Source of the DNA: Lachnoclostridium sp. UBA5725
Lineage (GTDB): Bacteria; Bacillota; Clostridia; Lachnospirales; Lachnospiraceae
Length of the DNA stretch: 64,000 nucleotides
Direction of reading: 5' to 3'
Assembly (NCBI GenBank): GCA_002419585.1
Contig: DIGJ01000018.1
Coordinates: 44,566 to 108,565 of the forward strand
In this document: piece after piece, positions 59,194 to 64,000 of the stretch
Layout: every line of letters starts with the position of its first letter
Numbering within the stretch: the first letter of the stretch is position 1
The notes under the pieces: generated by a model
The model's database searches: none
Told to the model about the DNA's origin: nothing
Seen by the model: the letters and a program-made list of their open reading frames with translations, nothing else
Program-made: the position numbers and the translations under genes

Positions 59194-59985
59194 TCAGCCC
59201 TTCTTAAAGCTGACATATACCAAACTTGTCATCCCATTACTTGATTTTTCTTGTTTCGTCTGTAATTCATCAAAAGAATCAATCATTTTTCCAAATTTTA
59301 CAAATCCATAATTTCTACAATCAAAGTCTGGATATCTTTTGAGAATCATATTTCCTAAATTTCCCATAAACATCCATCCATCATCATCCGATTGTTGCTC
59401 CAACAATGTTATGATCGTGCTCTTAATATTATCCATACTAGTGATTGGCTCTGCATCTTTGTTTAAAACAAATTTTTCTTCATTTGTTTTAATATCGACT
59501 TCCTCACCAGATTTTTTATACAAACGTCCTTTTGTGCTTTGCGCATCGCTTTTATACAATACATCCAGTGTCTTAAACTGTTCGCAAGCTTTTACAAAAG
59601 AAGAAGGGGTTTTACTTTCACCCATACCGATTACTCTCTTACCAGATTCCCGCAGTCGGACAGCAAGTCTTGTAAAGTCGCTATCGGAGGTCGCAATGAT
59701 AAAACCATCCACATTATTCTCATACAAAATATCCATAGCATCGATTATCATAGCAGAGTCCGATGAATTCTTACCCGTTGTATAGTTGTATTGCTGTATT
59801 GGTGATAGCGAATTATCTAACAAGCAGCTTTTCCATGTACTTTTTGACAAATCCGTCCAGTCTCCATATATTCTTCGAATGCTGGCTATTCCATATGCTT
59901 CCGTTTCTCTTACTATAATTTCGATATACTTCGGTGATATATTATCTGCGTCAATCAACAGAGCAAATTTATTTTCTTTATTCAA
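59194..59985 (-). CDS. NYN (LabA-like PIN-fold) domain protein with a C-terminal OST-HTH/LOTUS domain
   Basis: ALLIDADNISP..., GKNSSDSAMIIDAMDILY and VDGFIIATSDSDFTRLAVRLRESGKRVIGMG are NYN motifs. The C-terminal DDGWMFMGNLGNMILKRYPDFDCRNYGFVKFGKMI is LOTUS-like. Confidence 0.8.
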   Translation of the reverse strand: MNKENKFALLIDADNISPKYIEIIVRETEAYGIASIRRIYGDWTDLSKSTWKSCLLDNSLSPIQQYNYTTGKNSSDSAMIIDAMDILYENNVDGFIIATSDSDFTRLAVRLRESGKRVIGMGESKTPSSFVKACEQFKTLDVLYKSDAQSTKGRLYKKSGEEVDIKTNEEKFVLNKDAEPITSMDNIKSTIITLLEQQSDDDGWMFMGNLGNMILKRYPDFDCRNYGFVKFGKMIDSFDELQTKQEKSSNGMTSLVYVSFKKG

Positions 59986-60054
59986 AATAGAACCCTCCTA
60001 TTTTCTTCGAATCGTTACTTACATTATAATTCATCTATTGTGAACTATCAATAT

Positions 60055-60228
60055 TCAGTTTGTCGCATCCCTTTTACTCTTATTTATTACCTTTATACCT
60101 ACTTCCTTCATAAACGCAGTGGTACCATGCTGAATCAAATGTTCTTTTTGGGCATATGTAATATCCTCAAACGGAAGTTCCTCATTTTCATCGAAGAAAT
60201 GTACAAAGCATTTGAAAGTTAATTCCAA
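60055..60228 (-). CDS. 57-codon hypothetical ORF, divergent from the recombinase gene
   Basis: TTG start after GGGGGTGA. (M)ELTFKCFVHFFDENEELPFEDITYAQKEHLIQHGTTAFMKEVGIKVINKSKRDATN. It lies 69 nt upstream of the NYN gene on the same strand and is below the track size cutoff. Confidence 0.3.
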   Translation of the reverse strand: MELTFKCFVHFFDENEELPFEDITYAQKEHLIQHGTTAFMKEVGIKVINKSKRDATN

Positions 60229-60334
60229 TCAATCACCCCCATATAAGTTATGCTTTAAAGGATGTACTTGTTGTTAACAATAGGTGTATTTTTTTTGCCT
60301 TTTTCTAATAAACATAAGTAAGGAGTTGGTATGA

Positions 60335-61834
60335 TTGAGTAAAGATAAAATAGACCATGTGAAATCAGCTGCACTTTATATTCGTGTCTCTACCGATAAA
60401 CAAGAGGAACTATCCCCGGAATCGCAGAAAGATAAACTACTTGAATATGCTGCTCAAAATGGCTATTTGGTACCAACTGAATTTATCTTTTGGGAAATCG
60501 GGATATCTGGACGAAAAGCAGATAAACGTCCACAATTTCAGCGGATGATAGGGATTGCAAAAGATAAAAGTCATCCTTTTGATGCAATTCTCGTTTGGAA
60601 GTTTAGCCGATTTGCAAGAAATCAAGAAGAATCAATCGTTTATAAATCCATGCTAAAAAAAGAAAACGTGGATGTTATCAGTGTGTCCGAGTATATCTGT
60701 GATGATGTATTTGGAAAACTGATTGAGCGAATTATTGAATGGATGGATGAATACTACTCCATACGCCTATCTGGCGATGTTTTCCGTGGAATGCATAAAA
60801 AAGCAGAATTGGGTGGATATCAGGCAAGCCCACCACTTGGATATAAAATTGCAATAAAAGGCGAACCCCCTGTGATTGATACACAAAATGCAGAAATTGT
60901 AAAATCGATTTTTCGTATGTATGTGGAAGAACGCTTGTCCCTCCATGCCATTTGCGCACACCTAAATGAAATGGGATATACCACTAGATCCGGCGCTTGT
61001 TTTCAAAAACGAAGCGTTGAGTATATACTGAAAAATATACACTATTGCGGATATATCAGATGGAATGTAACAAACAACTCCACAAAACAGATAAAGGAGA
61101 AAGCAGAATGGGTCATAACAAACGGAAATTTTGAGCCAATTATATCCGAAGAATTGTTTAACGCTGCCAATGAACGGCTCGCGAGTGAATATCATCCCCG
61201 CAAATCAAAACCAGTGTATAATCAAAAGCATTGGCTTAGCGGTATGGTAAAATGTTCTGCCTGCGGCCGCTCTCTAACAATTGGCTCTGGCACGAATAAA
61301 TGTACTGGTAAAAAATATAATTATCTGCAATGCTATGGATACCACAAAGGCCTTTGCACCGTATCTCATCATGTAAGTATGTCAAAAATCGAACCGATTA
61401 TTTTGCAGGCCATTCAATATGCCTATGAATCTGGGGACTTTGAATTCGAAGCTGTATCGAAGTATCCAGGCGAATCCATGCATGATAAGGAACTTATAAG
61501 CTCGCAAATAAAGAGTATCGAAGAAAAGAAAAAACGAAGTAAAAAAGCGTACCTAGAGGGCATTGATACCCTAAGTGAATATAAAACATCTAAGATAGCA
61601 TTGCAAAAAGAGCATACTAAACTTTCTGTCATGTTAAAGAAAACGGAAATTCTTGAAATGAGGGAAGAGTCAAAAGACATTTTGCAAGATAGAATCAAAG
61701 ATGTTTATTCTGTTCTTAAGTCTGACCGTTTTTCAAATGATGAAAAGGCAAATGCGCTCCGAAAAATTGTTTATAAAATTGTTTATCAAAAAGCCATGAA
61801 CCGGATCGATGTCTACTTTCTTTATACTGACTGA
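60335..61834 (+). CDS. large serine recombinase
   Basis: It has the resolvase catalytic domain AALYIRVSTDKQ (nucleophile Ser), ...VWKFSRFARN, a recombinase domain, the Zn-ribbon CSACGRSL...CYGYHKGLC, and a coiled-coil tail. TTG start with an AAGGAG SD. Confidence 0.9.
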   Translation: MSKDKIDHVKSAALYIRVSTDKQEELSPESQKDKLLEYAAQNGYLVPTEFIFWEIGISGRKADKRPQFQRMIGIAKDKSHPFDAILVWKFSRFARNQEESIVYKSMLKKENVDVISVSEYICDDVFGKLIERIIEWMDEYYSIRLSGDVFRGMHKKAELGGYQASPPLGYKIAIKGEPPVIDTQNAEIVKSIFRMYVEERLSLHAICAHLNEMGYTTRSGACFQKRSVEYILKNIHYCGYIRWNVTNNSTKQIKEKAEWVITNGNFEPIISEELFNAANERLASEYHPRKSKPVYNQKHWLSGMVKCSACGRSLTIGSGTNKCTGKKYNYLQCYGYHKGLCTVSHHVSMSKIEPIILQAIQYAYESGDFEFEAVSKYPGESMHDKELISSQIKSIEEKKKRSKKAYLEGIDTLSEYKTSKIALQKEHTKLSVMLKKTEILEMREESKDILQDRIKDVYSVLKSDRFSNDEKANALRKIVYKIVYQKAMNRIDVYFLYTD

Positions 61835-61868
61835 TTGCACACAAAACCGTATTACTTTCCGTACGCTA

Positions 61869-62768
61869 TTACCATTGGGTCATCCAACCTGGGCACGTTA
61901 CCTGTTTACCATCGCAGTACTGAGTCAATATTGGCTGTACTACATTTGGTCTCGAAAGGTAATTGTTAAATATGGTATCTACCGTTCTTGAAATATTACT
62001 AAAGATATTTCGTCCTGGTACCCACTTATGATCAAATGCCGTAGAACTGGTAATCGTAAAATTGTACCCTTTATTGCGGTACCACTCCGTAAAAACACGG
62101 TTTAATGTAAACGATTGAATGGCTAAGATATTCGCATATAACGCAGCTTCTGGCCATGTAGCATAAATTTCACTGGAAGCTACATTTTTAATATAATCAC
62201 GATACCTGACATAATAATTTTTAGCTGTCTTATCGGTAGGCGGACCATCATGTACAACAACAAATTCTGGAACAACTGCTTTGCTTAATACAATTTCTCC
62301 TGTTTCTTTGACGGTTTTTATTTCATCCTCTGCAATTTTTGGTGGAAAATCGCCGAATAAACGATGTGGTGGTATGACGAATCCTTCCTCTTCAGGTGGT
62401 CTATTTTCAGGAACCGGATCTAAAGAAACTGGTTGCAATGCTGTAACATTGGGCAAAACCTGAGCTCCATTTACTGAAACAGAAATATATCCCGGTGCCT
62501 CAATTAATACCGTATATTCCGAATAAGGCTGTGTTTCAGAAGGTGCCATACTATAGTCAACAGAAGGCGCCGGCAATTCCACTTCTTTGGTCCTTCCTAT
62601 CGTATCTGTTGTCAGCTGATCTACAACTTGATTTGGCTGTCCGGTTACCGTAATAGTTACTTTAGCTCCCGGAACTGGCTTGTTATCCCGAAAAGAAGTA
62701 ACATTTACCTGAAAACCGCCAAAACTCTGCGTTTCAACCTGTGCAGGATATAGCTGTCTAAAATCCAT
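61869..62768 (-). CDS. sleC: 5' portion of the interrupted sleC-like spore cortex-lytic enzyme gene
   Basis: VVPEFVVVHDGPP...YIKNVASSEIYATWPEAALYANILAIQSFTLNRVFTEWYRNKGYNFTITSSTAFDH...QYCDGKQVTCPGWMTQW*. The stop is supplied by element DNA immediately after the shared core. Confidence 0.8.
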   Translation of the reverse strand: MDFRQLYPAQVETQSFGGFQVNVTSFRDNKPVPGAKVTITVTGQPNQVVDQLTTDTIGRTKEVELPAPSVDYSMAPSETQPYSEYTVLIEAPGYISVSVNGAQVLPNVTALQPVSLDPVPENRPPEEEGFVIPPHRLFGDFPPKIAEDEIKTVKETGEIVLSKAVVPEFVVVHDGPPTDKTAKNYYVRYRDYIKNVASSEIYATWPEAALYANILAIQSFTLNRVFTEWYRNKGYNFTITSSTAFDHKWVPGRNIFSNISRTVDTIFNNYLSRPNVVQPILTQYCDGKQVTCPGWMTQW

Positions 62769-62825
62769 AAAAAACCTCTAGTCTATCTATCATTATTAGT
62801 ATACGAGATAGATGGATTAGAGGTT
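62769..62825 (-). terminator. 19-bp hairpin plus U-run between the flagellin-like gene and sleC
   Basis: Minus strand AACCTCTAATCCATCTATC-(15 nt)-GATAGATAGACTAGAGGTT, then TTTTT, then immediately the sleC ATG. The only SD-like GAGG lies in the 3' arm. Confidence 0.6.
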
Positions 62826-62844
62826 CTTATTCTTATGAACAAAA

Positions 62845-63561
62845 CTACATATTTAATAAATTAATCATACCTTGCTCTTGATTTTGCTTTGCCTGCTGCG
62901 CAAATGTTTTATATTCATTGATAACTTCTTCTTTTTTCATATCCGAAACTGCTTTTCCTACATCTAAGTCTTCTACCTTACTAAAGGACGAGGTAAGATT
63001 TTCGTTAGATAATTTATTATAGGCAATGGTACTATCCAAAGCATTACTTGTCGCTCCGGTAGTGGAACGCTGCGCATTTACCTTTTTGATTGCAGCATCA
63101 ATGGTCGACACATCAAAGTTTCCACTTGTTACATCATAATCCGAAATCCCAAGCGAAGCCAATGTAGCATTGGTGTCAGTGTCAGAATCACCATTTAATA
63201 ACTTCTTTGTGTTGAATTCTGTATTTTGTGCAATCGATGTAATTCCCTGTTTTAACTGTTCCACTTCTTCTTGAATGGTTGCCTTATCACTGTCCGCATT
63301 CGCTGTATTGCCTGCTTTAATACTAAGTTCACGCATCCTTTGCAGACTATTTGTTATATTTTGCAAGGCGCCATCTGTAACATTTAACATATCCTGTTTT
63401 GAACTCGCTCCATCTGCAACCACCTTGTTTTCCGTAGCCTGAGCTTTCATTCCTTCTACGATTGCAACACCTGCTGCATTGTCTTTTGCACTATTAATGC
63501 TCTTCATAGAAGACAGTTTCATATATGCATCACTTGTACTGTTAATTCCTGAAATTGCCAT
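62845..63561 (-). CDS. short divergent flagellin-like protein (238 aa)
   Basis: The N-terminal region ...DNAAGVAIVEGMKAQ...DGALQNITNSLQRMRELSIKAGN...IQEEVEQLKQGITSIAQNTEFNTKKLLNG and the C-terminal ALDSTIAYNKLSNENLTSSFSKVEDLDVGKAVSDM parallel flagellin D0/D1. There is no variable domain. Confidence 0.65.
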   Translation of the reverse strand: MAISGINSTSDAYMKLSSMKSINSAKDNAAGVAIVEGMKAQATENKVVADGASSKQDMLNVTDGALQNITNSLQRMRELSIKAGNTANADSDKATIQEEVEQLKQGITSIAQNTEFNTKKLLNGDSDTDTNATLASLGISDYDVTSGNFDVSTIDAAIKKVNAQRSTTGATSNALDSTIAYNKLSNENLTSSFSKVEDLDVGKAVSDMKKEEVINEYKTFAQQAKQNQEQGMINLLNM

Positions 63562-63651
63562 GCGATCACCATCCTTTGTAGGGCTAATTGACTATTCTTC
63601 TATCTTAATTATACATCGAAATGAAAATTCTGGCAATCTAAATTTGGAAGG

Positions 63652-64000
63652 TCATTTGAATTGGCATGGCTTCGAACGCTTATCAATCGTAGCAAATTCA
63701 TAGCCTTCTGCCTTTAATTCATCAATGATATAGCGCAATGCTTTTGCTGTATTTTTATTTATGGAAGAGTCATGCAGCAGTATCACTGGTTCCTTATATT
63801 TTTTATAATCCTTTCGAATATTGGCAATGATTTTTTGCTGCGAAGGTTTACCAACTGAATCCTCCGCACTTACATTCCAGTCAAAATATGTGTACCCATC
63901 ATTTTCCATGCATACAATTATTTCATCGCAAAACGGGGAAATAAAACAATTTGAGCTACCCCATGGAAAGCGGTAATAAGTGGGTTCTGTTCCCGTAACT
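63652..64000 (-). CDS. polysaccharide deacetylase (NodB-type); 5' end outside the window
   Basis: YYRFPWGS... and VILLHDS are NodB motifs 3-5. The reading frame is open to the window edge. Confidence 0.7.
   Translation of the reverse strand, partial: VTGTEPTYYRFPWGSSNCFISPFCDEIIVCMENDGYTYFDWNVSAEDSVGKPSQQKIIANIRKDYKKYKEPVILLHDSSINKNTAKALRYIIDELKAEGYEFATIDKRSKPCQFK

Larger units (their letters stand above)
58617..61887. mobile_element. 3,255-bp serine-recombinase intervening element inserted in sleC (coordinates include both 16-bp flanking repeats)
   Basis: Direct repeats CCATTGGGTCAGCCAA (58617-58632) and CCATTGGGTCATCCAA (61872-61887). The recombinase gene ends 38 bp from the right junction. 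Deleting one repeat-to-repeat unit restores an uninterrupted ORF. Confidence 0.8.

Noticed and set aside
1-64000. CRISPR arrays, rRNA genes, intact prophage or IS transposases.
   Set aside because: I saw no regularly spaced short direct repeats, no rRNA-like sequence and no transposase-like ORF. The only recombinase is the serine recombinase at 60335-61834.

Overview
This is an AT-rich, Clostridia-like (spore-forming Firmicutes) chromosomal segment. It is densely packed, mostly on the minus strand, with housekeeping and metabolic genes: purL, pflB/pflA, argH, truA, glgB, larB/larC, a P-type Ca-ATPase, ABC exporters, oleate hydratase, an NCS2 purine permease and tRNA-Gly. There is no CRISPR array, rRNA or large prophage. 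The strongest finding is a SleC-type spore cortex-lytic enzyme gene cut in two by a 3,255-bp element. The element is flanked by a 16-bp direct repeat. It carries a large serine recombinase at one end, a NYN+LOTUS protein and small ORFs. Precise excision would rebuild one 423-codon ORF, so it looks like a minimal skin-like sporulation intervening element in a host gene I do not know to be described. Other findings: (1) pyruvate formate-lyase is split into a 695-aa body and a separately translated 78-aa glycyl-radical subunit by a ~130-nt insert. (2) A ~290-bp palindromic MITE-like repeat family has 3 copies, two of which bracket a 3.6-kb accessory segment. (3) A consensus promoter, 27-codon leader ORF and terminator sit upstream of a heterodimeric ABC exporter, resembling bmrB-bmrCD. 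(4) larB-larC are tightly packed with an aldo-keto reductase and a D-2-hydroxyacid dehydrogenase and lie next to two COG0523 GTPases, with no larA or larE in the window. (5) There are several orphan promoter/terminator-defined sRNA candidates. (6) A decayed island lies next to the tRNA. (7) An M42 peptidase is frameshifted. All homology calls come from reading motifs in the translations, since no database search was possible.
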